In this document: positions 52,431 to 64,000 of the stretch, one piece after another
Layout: every line of letters starts with the position of its first letter
Position numbering within the stretch: position 1 is the stretch's first letter
NCBI RefSeq assembly: GCF_026210795.1
Contig: NC_089429.1
Coordinates: 6,138,001-6,202,000 of the forward strand
Reading direction: 5' to 3'
DNA: 64,000 nt
Source: Rhizophagus irregularis
Lineage: Eukaryota
Program-made: the position numbers and the translations under genes
The notes under the pieces: model-generated
The model's database searches: none
What the model saw: only the letters and a program-made list of their open reading frames with translations
What the model was told of the DNA's origin: nothing

Positions 52431-55400
52431 GTTTTTACATGCTTCTATTATACTTTATTCTTCATAGTATATTAATAAAATATTTCTTCAGTTTTTTTTT
52501 ATCTTTTATTGAGTTCACCTTCTTCAGTTATTGATGATAATAAAAAGTTATTGTTGATAATATATTAAATTTCACTGAGTCATAATTCTATATGCCTTGC
52601 ATAATTATTATTAGCTAGAATTTAGAAATTCAGCAGATGAATCTCAAAATGGTGTTGATTATCTAATGATTAGATATTTTTTCAGATCAAATTTGAGGAT
52701 AATTATAATACCAGTATGCTAAAAGGCTGGCTGATGTTCTAATATTTTGTCTTTTTACAGAATATTCTTAATTTCACCTATTGCTTCTTTCTTAGTTCAT
52801 TAAAAATGGAATTATAAAAAATGTTGTAGTTATCAAAAATGAAGGATGAAATTCTAATTTCTTTTGGTGTTTTTATATTATATGCACTATTAATATATCT
52901 TTATCTAACAAATAAATCACTTTTTCCAACTCCTTCTATGTGAATACTTATTTCTATAAGGTAAGTAATTCTTAGTTAAACCTTTCATAATGATAGTAAT
53001 ATCATTTTTCGTAAATATTGATTTTTCATAATAAACATTAATATACTTTAGATATTTAATTAAAACCATTAATAAACGATTTTAAAATTTCAGCAATGTT
53101 TATTATAAGAAATTAAAGAATTCTAAATACTTTATGAAGATTTTTCTTAGAGTCATCATTATCAATATAAAGTTTTCTTCCTTAATTTTAATTGATGCAT
53201 GCATATTAATTATAATATTGTGATTATTTTCTATCTCAATTATACTATTATTTCTCCTTTTTTTTTCTATAATCATTGATTACTTAATAATAAAATAATT
53301 TTTGTAAACTATTTTTAAATCGTTATTGTTCATTACTAAATTCATTTAAAGTTTAAATTTTTTAAATTCTTACTTTATATTGATGTATTATTTTTAGTAT
53401 GTTGGTAAAATATCATTTTTAAATATTATCAATAAATAATTTAACCATATTATAATATAATAATAAGATTTGTGAATAAAAAATAATCATTATGAAAATA
53501 TATAATTATTAGGTTAAGGGGAATGATTTTTCAAAGATATTAAAGAAATCAATGAACAGTTAAGACTTAAGAGAAAGAATTCTAGATATAAAGAATAGCA
53601 ATAACTAATAAGTTATGATTACTAATTTTCCATTGAATTTATAATTTGCTAAAATTACTACTATAATTAAAGTTTTGGTAATTATTAATGCAATTCAATT
53701 TGATTAAAATTTGAATTTTTCAACTTCTGCTGTATTACCATATATAGTAATAATGTCATAAATAATGTATAATTGTACCCTGCATCAACATAATGAAATA
53801 TATTTCAACAATATAATCAGTCTAGTTCACCAGCCAGAGTATATGAATTTCTTTTTAAGGGATGATCAGTTTTGACTTTTGAATGTATTTGTAAATTTAA
53901 AGAGTTCTTACTTCTGGTTATAAACTTGTACTATAACAAATCTAATGTTTGATAGTTAAACTGACGGTATAGTTACTAATAATTTATCAACTATTTAATG
54001 TTAAAAATGAGTAATTAAGAAGTAAATAAATAATTTGATTTTAAAACTTATGAGTTCATATTATAGTTTTTCTGCAATTTTTGTAATTTCTGGATGTTTT
54101 AGTATTTCTTGTAATGTATCATTAAAACAGAATAATAATTTTCTCCTAAATGTGTACTATTCTTTTATGATCTCTTATATATTTAAATTTAGATAATTAT
54201 TCTCCAACTGCTAATGATTTATTATTAATTTGAAGAATGAAATCTTAATAATTATTCTGCTATTATTAACCTTCTAATATACTATAGTGTTGGATAAAGC
54301 TACTTTTGTATCTTCTTGGTAATTTAGATGATAAAGAATTTTTTTTAAAGAAATATATTTTTATAAAATAATTCAGCTTTTTTTATCCAATTAATTTAAA
54401 ATCTATTGTATAATGCATTTTTTCCCTAATGAACCTTTTCTTGTCAATTGTATATTGATTTCTATCTAAGTGTGGAAGATCATGAGCAATAAACAGTAAT
54501 GCGTATTTGACTTTATTTAAAACCTTATCTGATGATATATTCTAAAGAAAAAGTTCTTCAATTTTTAAATGAAAGCTTAATTATAAAGATGTGATATCTA
54601 ATAAATGAAAAGTAAAAATGGGACACCTATAAACAGAAGAAAATGTGACTTTTAATGAAAATATAGCGAACAAATGTTTAAAGATGATAAAGAACCAAAT
54701 TATATAAATAAAAATTGAGTTATCTATTAATATAGTCATATTACTATTTTAATATAGATGGTGATAATTATAAATATGGTAATATGGTAAATCACTGAAG
54801 TATCAAGTGAGAAGAGTTGATAATTAAGAAATAACTTAAATGTATAACTAAAAATTTTTTAAATTAAATGATCATTTAAAGATTATTGATTGTACAATAT
54901 AATTGCATAAAATTTTAACAATCCTATATCAGAATATATTCTTTATTACTCTTTTCAAAATCAATATATTGATATTCTTGATTAATAAATTTAGTATTTA
55001 TTTGCATATTGTTAATGTTTAATTCCATGACATTTGCGTTCAAAAAATGGATAGTTTTTGATTGAAATACATCCACCTGATCCATTTGTATTAAAAGTTA
55101 ACAAGTTTAAATAATTTATTTAGACCAAACAATCATATACTTCTATATTCTTCTTATTAACATAAAAATATGATTAAGTGGATTTAGTGTGAATATGAAT
55201 AAAGTGAATGTTTATTATTAATATTGATTATTTGAATAAATTACGATTAATCATAGTTTATCAATAATATGTTATTATTAAATTATACAAAAATTCCACA
55301 ATCAACAAAAATGATTAAAAATAATTTTGTTAGACCATCACGGCTGTAGCTTAATCTTTGAAGAGAATCTATGATAAGAAAAATAATTTTTTATTTTATA

Positions 55401-55682
55401 ATAGTGCTAAGGTGTATTTGGAATTATTTTTATGCATAAGGTATTAAGTGGGAGAACTTTTTTATTTTAAGAATAAGTTAATTTGCTGAAAAAATTTTTT
55501 TTTAATAATAGAATATTAACTTTTCAGTAAAATGGGTGATTGAATATAAGCGTTGAGTAGGCGTAAATTTTTTTAAGTTGAATAAAAACAAAGGGTTTAT
55601 ATATACAAAAATGTGGCAGAGCTAAAGGTGACGCGTGGCGCAATTTTTTGGGCAAAATTCGGGCTATGCAGAAACAGGGCTT

Positions 55683-55723
55683 TTACCGAAAATGTGTCAC
55701 ACGGTAATCCCCTTATTTGCTAG
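55683..55723 (+). mobile_element. Possible Helitron 3' terminus
   Basis: ttaccg...cggtaa stem, 12 nt, CTAG at 55720-55723 followed by T. Confidence 0.35.
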
Positions 55724-56019
55724 TCTAATTTACAAAGAAAGTTTTTAATAAGACCCGAGATATATATAAAGGGTAGGGCAGCGAGTACGTGTATCTTTAA
55801 CCCAAAAAATCGTGTAGATCTTTCCTTTTTAGATAATTTCTTTAGATAATGCCAGCCAAAATTTTATTACATATTTAGTAACTGACTGAGATTAGCATAA
55901 TTTCGGTCCCGAAAAACAATTTACTGAATCACTTGATCTTTACATATATATTTCGGGTTATATAATTATTACATACAAGTCTCAAAACGCTTTATAATAT
56001 ATGATTTAATTCCAAAGTT

Positions 56020-56635
56020 AAATTGAAAAAAGCAAAGCCCACTTCAAATATCTGATGACGTCAACATTTTAATTTTTATATAGTATATGCAGTATATACG
56101 CAGTATGTTGCTGAAAATTAAATTCAAATTACACATATTACACAGCTTTAAGATATAGTTTTTCTAGTTTATTAAGGCTGATCTTTGTATCGTTTCTTTT
56201 AAGTATATGTGTAATAAGATAATTTTTTCACAGAAGAAATTTTTTTCATAAACATTTTGATTATTTCTTTTGCCAGGATTTTTGACTTTTCTAAAAACAT
56301 CAATAATCACTTGACCAATCGCATGAATTGACAAAGCTTTGTAAAATGATACATAGTTAAATAATAGATTTTTTGAGATTGAGTTGAATTAAGAATTCTC
56401 TTCTCAAGCAAATGACTTTTTGAATCATTAGGAGGAAAAATGATCAATGTATTAAGAATTGCCGGTTTTACTTTCAATCGGTGCCGACCTAGGTAATCGA
56501 CTTGCCAATCCAAATATTACACAAAATTCTAACAGAAATTTCACACCAAAGACGATTGACTAATAAGCAACTTTATTTTTCTCTAAATACTCAAAAGTTT
56601 CATTAGGGCAATCGACAGGAAATTTACAAGATATC
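56020..56635 (-). pseudogene. Truncated, frameshifted paralogue of the F-box/LRR gene at 59670-61082
   Basis: PVDCPNETFEYLEKNK, LLVNRLWCEISVRIL and HRLKVKPAILNTLI align with PADCLKEILEYLEKDK, LLVNRLWCKISVRIL and HRLKVEKSILNMLI. Confidence 0.85.
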
Positions 56636-57530
56636 TTTAATATTATAGATATAATAAAACAAGAAAAAAATTTAAGGGTTTCATTCAAACACGATTTACA
56701 CTTACCCGCCCGTGTTGCACTATTTCAATCGCTTCATTGTAAATTTACTAATAGAGATAGTATTACTTTACCGAGTGTGATATTTACTGCAGATCAATTG
56801 TTTACATACTTTTGAATTGAGGAATAAAAGGTCTAGGCCAGTCCACTCTTATTCGCATACTAGGAGCGTGAAAAATAGATTTACTAGATTTAAGCTTAAC
56901 TCTAAAGGTGAAGCATTGTAATACAATTTTGTAAATCGTATGATTTAAAATAATACGTTTTTTATTGCTATGATTTACATGAAATAAGTGAGTATTCAAA
57001 ACGTTCAAATGTTTTTGGCTAACACTAATAATTGAAAAAGATTATAAGCTAGAACAAATATCTGATTTAACTTTTGCAGAATTTTATTCATTAGACACAA
57101 TATAAAATTTTAGAAACAATATAGTATAGCAACTCTTACTAGTTTACAACGAGTTATCTAAGTTTTTTCGTAGCGAAATATCGTCGATTCGGCGGTTCTA
57201 TTTTTATGTTTTCTGATATTAATTCTTGACTATAAGACAAAGACGTTCTTTTCTCAGTTTTTCGTTCCGGTGTGGTTTCTAACTTTAATTTCTTGGATTA
57301 TAGCTCTTTAGTAGCGCGGGATTGAAATCATCCATTTTTTTTTTAAGAGACGAATTTCGCATGGTAACAAATTCCGATTTTTGTATCATTTAAATTTGTT
57401 AAAATTTATAACTTTCTTACTTTTTTAAAAAAAATGGGATCAGGATTTAATTAAAGGGTTTAGGTTTCTTGATGTATGTTTCGTTGTTGCAAAATTTTCA
57501 ATTTTTTTAATTTTTTTTGTATAATTAATT

Positions 57531-58162
57531 GCTAGTCCGCATGTGGGCGGTGCAGATCATTTTAAGCATCAAAATTAATTTCCGCGGAGTTATTTAACTT
57601 AGAAAACTGAAAAATTTGAAAAAATCGCAAAAAAATCAATAATTGCTTAAAATTAGGTAGTTTTTACAGGTTTTTGAAGTCATTAAATCAAATATAAAAT
57701 AAAATCCGTATTTTTTCAATTAATTTTGTTTTAAAGAATATATTAATACATATGTAAAAGTATGTAAATATAAAATTTGAGGCTTCTAGCCGGTACTTTT
57801 ATAAGGCAAAAAAAAGTGGCGCAAATTTATTCAAAATATTGCCAAATTTTGACTAATTAGCAATGTTTAGTAATATTAAATACTTGAATAAAAAAGATAT
57901 AACCTCAAGGTTTTTTCAACAAAAATTTTAAATAATTTGATTAAAAATTGATCGACTTATCTATGGGGGAAACGCAGATTTCATATGTAATTTTGACTTG
58001 TTCAATTTATAGATGGATTTTTAAGATTTTGAGTTTTATAAGAATCACATTAAACATTTGGATAAAAAAAATCAAATCTCAAAGTCCTTTTAATAAAAAT
58101 TCAATGGGAAACGCAGATTTCAAATTTGCGGTAATTTTTCTATTCATCACATGCGGATCGGC
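57531..58162. mobile_element. TIR element flanked by AATT
   Basis: gctagtccgcatgtg / cacatgcggatcggc; aatt at 57527-57530 and 58163-58166. Confidence 0.55.
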
Positions 58163-58225
58163 AATTAAATCATTAATACATTTTATTAGTCCGAAGTCCG
58201 GATGTCCGTCCGACACGTCAACAAT

Positions 58226-58363
58226 GGGGGTCTTCACAAAAAACGTGATTGAGATTGAGATTGAAATTTAGTATAGAATTTCAATCTTACTAACATATTA
58301 AGATTGAAAATTCTATATGAAATCTCAATCTCAATCTCAATCACGTTTTTTGTGAAGACCCCC
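58226..58363. mobile_element. 138-bp hairpin MITE, GGGGG termini, 3-bp TSD AAT (PIF/Harbinger-like)
   Basis: gggggtcttcacaaaaaacgtgattgagattgagattga and its exact reverse complement; aat on both sides. Confidence 0.9.
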
Positions 58364-59669
58364 AATAAAACCTTAACAGCACTTCGAACTTAATAATGGT
58401 TTCCGTTCCCTAGTATTTTATTTTTATTCATCATAATATTAATTCTTTTTACTAATATACTTAATATGATGCCGTCATTCTGAAGATGGCGATAATGATT
58501 TAATTTAAGATTGTTCAAAAACGATAATTTTGTAACATCAACATTAATTTAGGTTTTTAAAGTGTGAATATTGATACTCGATAGTTCGATAGTTTTTAAT
58601 TTATCAACTAAATAATTTACCGAATAACTTAAATTAATGTTACACCATAATACATTATTGTATTATTGTATAAATACAAGACCGTTGTCCGTGTGAAATG
58701 GATTCACCCACATACAAATTTATTAAAATCAGGTGATTTCACCGTAATAAATCACACGTAAAAAATTTTGTATAAAAAAATTTTTAATTTGAGTGAATTT
58801 ATATATAGTTTTAATTAATTGAAATTTTATTATAATCTAAAATACATTTATTATGAATGGAAAAATCTATAATCTCGTTACATCATATTATGGTTCATGA
58901 GATTTTACAGACTCTTGATAACCACCACCACTGAAATCAAAAATAATTGAGATTGAAATGAACCAAAGATACTTACTTGGGTGATTTCTTCTTGAGTTTC
59001 ATTGGGTTTCTTTTGGATTTCTTCCTTGGGTCTTTTCTTGGATTTTATTTGGGTTTCTTTTTGGGTCTTCTTGTGCTTCTTTTCTTTGATTGGAGGAATG
59101 TCAAAAAAAGGTTATCCGTTATCTGATAAACAAATAAACAAAAAAAAATTTAATCAGGTGATATCACCTACGGTAAAAATAAGTACCTTTATAATCTTAT
59201 TATTTTACCTTTCAATTTGCAAGATACACATGGTACAATGGCTAATAATTTAATTAATAAAAAAAATCATTGAGTTCAATAATTGAATGATCCAATTATT
59301 GTAGATACTTTCTGGTTATAAGTTATTTATTGAATTTTATTAAATAAAAAAAATAAGTATGGAATTTTCAAATAGTATTGTACATTCTATACAATTTCTG
59401 GGTACTGTAGTATACTAAAGAAAATTATACCATAAGTTAAATATACTAACTATTCCCCTCTCATTTACGTATAGCGTTCGTATATAACTTTAGATGGGAG
59501 GGATACTTTATATACATACTAGAACTATACAGAAAGTTTATGAATAATATACTGTTCGTCGTTTTATAGTTATATTAAATATATACTGTCATCGATTTGA
59601 CAATTATTAATAGCTTATACCTTAATAATCAAATGAAACTTAATAACTTATTTCTTAAATATGTAGTAT

Positions 59670-61082
59670 TTATAGTTTCAAAAATTTATGAATAATACCA
59701 AGCTTTTTATATTTTTCTATCACTTCCATATTTCCTTCTTTAGCCTCTAAACTATTTTTACATCCCCTAAAAATAAAAGAAAACGGTCTTTGTGGTACAC
59801 GATTTTTCCAATTAATAAAAAATTCTTCTAAATCTTCTGGAGTTAATTTTGAACTTGAATTATAAAATAACTTTAACCTATAAAAATTTTTTGGTGAATA
59901 TTTTGCCAAAGATTCCAAAAGATCTTTTTCTTTTAACAGGTCGTTATCATGTCGAGTCCCAATACTTTCTAATTGTTGACAATTTTTAAGAATTAAATTT
60001 AATGTTTCAATCTTACCAAATAAAATAGACAATAATTGAAGATTTTGACAAAATTTAGCTATAGCTAAATTAATCGAATCATCAGAATTTTCACAACTAA
60101 TATAAAATTCTTTTAAATTTTTTCCATTATTTTCTAAGAATTTAATTATTACATCACTTTCTGGATATGCACATAAAAATTTTAAAATTTGTAATTGAGG
60201 CAAAATAACATTCTGTAACTTATCACTGAGTTCATGAAAATAATCTCTATTCCGAAACGTTAAAACAAGTTCTTGTAAATTTATGAAATTAGTAATAAAT
60301 GATAATGGCCCATTCTGATAATATTCTAATTTTAATTTAATTAAGGTATTTGAATGATTTGTTAATGAAGGTATGATATCTGTTTTCATATCTGTAATAT
60401 CATGTTTTAATCTTAATGATAAACATTTTAAATTATTTTGTGAAGAAATTAAATCATTTAAATCACTTGAAATTGATTTTTTAAATTCTATTGTTAATGA
60501 TTGAATATTGAAACTTATTTGAGATAATTTATGAAAAAATGAGAATTTAACATTGGAATTACAACTTAATTTTGAAAGTTTTTTTAAACAATCTTTTGCT
60601 TTAGGATAATGTAAAAATGATAAATTTATAGTGTTGGAATTATTGGTATAATAATATAATTTTTTCAAAGGAATTTTTTTCATAAACATCTTCATAATTT
60701 CTTCTTCAAGATATCTTTGACTTTTAAAGACATCAGCAATCATTCGAACAATTCCATGAACTGAAAGAACTTTACAAAATGATGCATAATCAAACAATGA
60801 AGTTCTTGAGATTTGACTTGAATTAAGGATTCCCTTCTGACGTAAATATTTTTTTGATTTATTAGGAAGGCAAATAATCAACATATTAAGAATTGATTTT
60901 TCCACTTTCAATCGATGTTCATAACCAACAAGGTTAATAGTCCAAATATTCCTCCACAATATTCTAACAGATATTTTACACCAAAGTCGATTAACTAATA
61001 AGCATGAATGTAAAGAGAATTTATCTTTCTCTAAATACTCCAAAATTTCTTTAAGACAATCAGCAGGAAGTCGAGAGGCCAT
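59670..61082 (-). CDS. F-box-like / RNI-type LRR protein, ~470 aa, single exon (likely start MASRLPADCL)
   Basis: Intact ORF; LPADCLKEILEYL..SLHSCLLVNRLWC..LWRNIW, LFDYASFCKVL, LRR-like repeats, LEEFFINWKNR...IEKYKKLGII; first ATG at 61082. Confidence 0.9.
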   Translation of the reverse strand: MASRLPADCLKEILEYLEKDKFSLHSCLLVNRLWCKISVRILWRNIWTINLVGYEHRLKVEKSILNMLIICLPNKSKKYLRQKGILNSSQISRTSLFDYASFCKVLSVHGIVRMIADVFKSQRYLEEEIMKMFMKKIPLKKLYYYTNNSNTINLSFLHYPKAKDCLKKLSKLSCNSNVKFSFFHKLSQISFNIQSLTIEFKKSISSDLNDLISSQNNLKCLSLRLKHDITDMKTDIIPSLTNHSNTLIKLKLEYYQNGPLSFITNFINLQELVLTFRNRDYFHELSDKLQNVILPQLQILKFLCAYPESDVIIKFLENNGKNLKEFYISCENSDDSINLAIAKFCQNLQLLSILFGKIETLNLILKNCQQLESIGTRHDNDLLKEKDLLESLAKYSPKNFYRLKLFYNSSSKLTPEDLEEFFINWKNRVPQRPFSFIFRGCKNSLEAKEGNMEVIEKYKKLGIIHKFLKL

Positions 61083-61782
61083 TTTAATAATTAGTAGTAA
61101 AAAAGAAAATGTGTCCAAAATTTTTATTCCCAAATGTGAGTTGGCATTTACGCCTTTACGCCATTAGTAATCGTGCTACAAACAAATTACTAATAAATAT
61201 TCATTTAATTTGCCTGTTAACTACAATTGTACAAATTAATGTTGTTTGTGTTCAAATGGTATTAATTGGTGTTACTAAAATTAATTTGCAGATCAAAATA
61301 ATCTTCCTCCTGTTATCCTGTTATATTTTTTTTAATTAACTTTATAAATAGTGATGATAGGCGGTTTGCTCGGAAATGTTGATTATGTTGCCGCAGTAAA
61401 AATATTTCAATGTTTTTTACACAATGTAAAAATTCAAATAAAATTATTAATTTATAAGTAATGTTCAATAAAAGCTAATGCTTTTTATTATTCGATTATT
61501 TTTTTCTGTTCGCATTATATCAACGCTTAAGATTACAGATAAATCTACATGTAACCATCATGGACGAAAATTCAAGTGAAACCAATGTTACACAATTATG
61601 TTGTTGAAAATATTACATATGAAAATCCTATTACTATTTTATGAATGTAACATTTCTAAATTTTTAATTTCTAGTATTTTTTTTTAAAAAAAATACGATA
61701 AACATGCTAATAACATGTTAATAAATTATTATAATGAAAAATCCTCAAATTTATAATCATGCACGATCATTTTAAGGAATAT

Positions 61783-61960
61783 TACAGCCGTTTTCAAAAT
61801 GATTGATGCTATTTATTTATGATTAAATATTTGAATACCAATATTCGTCTAGTTTTCGTTCATTATTCGTCCCGGTTTTCATCCGGTTTTCATCCGGTTT
61901 TCGGTTTTCATTTTTTTTCATCCAAACATAACAGCATCAACCATTTTGAAAACGGCGATA
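61783..61960. mobile_element. Small MITE with internal CCGGTTTTCAT repeats
   Basis: gccgttttcaaaatgattgatgct / agcatcaaccattttgaaaacggc; TSD unclear. Confidence 0.7.
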
Positions 61961-62749
61961 AAATTTAAAAGTAATATAATAGTAAATTACTAAATTACGA
62001 TAATAGAATTTTTTAATTTTTTATTTGCACACCTCAGATGAATAATAAGTATTTAATTATCAATAACGCTAATTGCTAAGGAAAAATCGACTAACAAAAG
62101 AAAAAAAAATGAAAAAAAAATGAAATGATAACCTACCCACTTTCTTAGTTCAAGAAGCTGAAATACTATGTCATACTAATTTTATAAAATTATTATTTAT
62201 TTATATTATGATTATTAGAAATGAAAGATGGGATCGATAATCTGCAACTCACAATAACGTTATCCATAATTTCGCAAATTGCAGATAACTATAGTATTGC
62301 TTCAAATCCACAATATCACGATGCAATCTGAAAGTTCGTTCTGGAAAATTACGACATACGGCTATCTTTCAACTCTATTACAAATAATACGGTATGCAAC
62401 ACTAATCGAAAGGATTTTTTAAATATTTTTAATCGTGTATCTATTATCTACATGAATTTAATTAAATTATTTTATTTACTTATGACACTTTATTACTCTT
62501 AACGCGTTAGGTTTATAGTAAAATTAACTCTTTATTGGGTAGATATGACATATTAATAATATAACTAAAGTTTTCCGCCTGATTTCCATTAAAGTCGTGT
62601 AGGTTTGATATTAAATCTTAGAATATAAATGTATACGGTATTTCCACATAACAGGCTTGCTAAAGTTAACTGTAATCACGTTCGATATTTTTTAAGAAAA
62701 GAACATGTAATAATAAGATTTTGAATTACCGAGAATTTCACTAGGTTTA

Positions 62750-63875
62750 GATGATGATGGCGATGAAGGAAGAAGCTGGGTAAATAACCTAAGAATTATA
62801 TACGATAACGAGCCGACCGGGCCTGAAAAAGTTTATCCCAAGCATTCTACCATAACAAGCTATGAAATCGTGTCCATCTCTGATGCCTGAAATGTCGTAA
62901 TTATCATCAGAGTCATCTTCATCAACATCCCAAATCTCTAATTTATCTGGACAAGGAAAAATGTATGTTTCACGCCTTTTCTCGGTCAGAAGAATTCAGT
63001 GTATTAGAACATAATGCACTATTGGATGCGTTAAATTACCCTGTGAAGGGTTTAAGTCTTTTCAAATATGATCAACAGTATTACTAATTCGAGACTACGA
63101 ATTCATCATGCAAAGCTCGATTATTTTTCGATCGATAACCCTCTATCCTCGCCCTCTTCTTCACACCATTACGCAGCGTTTGATATTCCGCGGACTTCTT
63201 GGACCAAAGTCGAGAAAGTCACGGCCACTAACCTTCTGCTTTCACATTATTTCCAAGTCATCGTTGTCAAGTCCGCTAACGTGAGCTCGTCATTTCCAGT
63301 AGCAGTAGTTGAAGCAGGCGTATTAGTTTCAGACAGTGCTTTTATAGGCTATTTGGCTCAGATAAAAATGTGTTACGTTCGGAGTGATTGACCGATGTGG
63401 AATAGAAGCATTTCTAGGGATTTTATGTCGCACAGACATTGCATCATCACACGACATTTATCGAGTATTCATCAAGAACAGTATCAATGCTTTATTTTTT
63501 TGCTGGAAGCTGGTTTATAGTATACAAAAGACCAAAATATTCCTAACGATCAGGTGCGGATGTTGGGATATCTAGATAGACTATAACATGAATGTCCTTT
63601 TCAGGTATGTCCTTGGAAAAACATTCGGAAATCTTAGACATTAGGTTCAACGCTTTCCATTTAGGCTCGTAAGTATTGCTTTAACACTGTGTATAGTTAA
63701 CCGAATTTAGTAATCGGAATATTATCAAATAGGGGCGCATATGCTTTTTTAATTTCCTTTCGGAGTAAATGAATAGGTTCCTTGTCGTCAATCCTAACTA
63801 TAACGATATGTTGAACCCGATATTCCCGACCAAATCACTAGGAACAGTAAGACAATTAAGTAGGATTACTGGCAT
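62750..63875 (-). pseudogene. Crinkler (CRN)-like pseudogene
   Basis: MPVILLNCLTV..(frameshift)..IVRIDDKEPIHLLRKEIKKAYAPLFDNIP and DIHVIVYLDIP (HVIV at 63579-63590) resemble the CRN N-terminal ubiquitin-like domain and HVLVxxP junction; downstream GC-richer broken frames; 3' end approximate. Confidence 0.65.
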
Positions 63876-64000
63876 TTTGTTTTTCCTAAATATAAAGGTC
63901 CATAATGAATGGATTTTCATTTGTATGGATGCAAAGAAGCTTCGAAACATTTTTCTATTAAAATAACATGTTCGTATACGCACCTTATTTTTTCGCGGGA

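Noticed and set aside
61083..61133. 17-aa N-terminal extension of the F-box ORF
   Set aside because: Begins at a non-ATG codon; the family-typical start is the ATG at 61082
1..64000. tRNA, rRNA or intact transposase genes
   Set aside because: None recognisable by eye; tRNAscan, Infernal and HMM searches are needed to exclude them

Overview
Very AT-rich, intron-containing eukaryotic DNA. The gene families present are intron-split tyrosine-kinase-like kinases, a kinase-Sel1 fusion, single-exon F-box/LRR-like genes, an HSPA12-like ATPase and a Crinkler-like N-terminus. Together they point to an arbuscular mycorrhizal fungus (Glomeromycotina, Rhizophagus-like); this is an inference. Only two long intact ORFs exist, both F-box/LRR-like on the minus strand. 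The rest is pseudogenes, a broken LINE, tandem duplications and many non-autonomous TIR elements, many with readable TSDs of 2 to 9 bp. Highlights: (1) a TATGG...CCATA, 6-bp-TSD (IS3EU-like) family, seen as a self-nested MITE and as ~4-kb foldback elements; (2) two large C(A/T)TTGCAGAAA-TIR elements carrying tandem arrays of micro-exon plus canonical spliceosomal-intron units with no ORF, the best candidate for an undescribed system; (3) a multi-layer nest of insertions inside a kinase-Sel1 pseudogene. Coordinates were read by eye. TIR/TSD ends should be accurate to about 1-2 bp; pseudogene ends are approximate.
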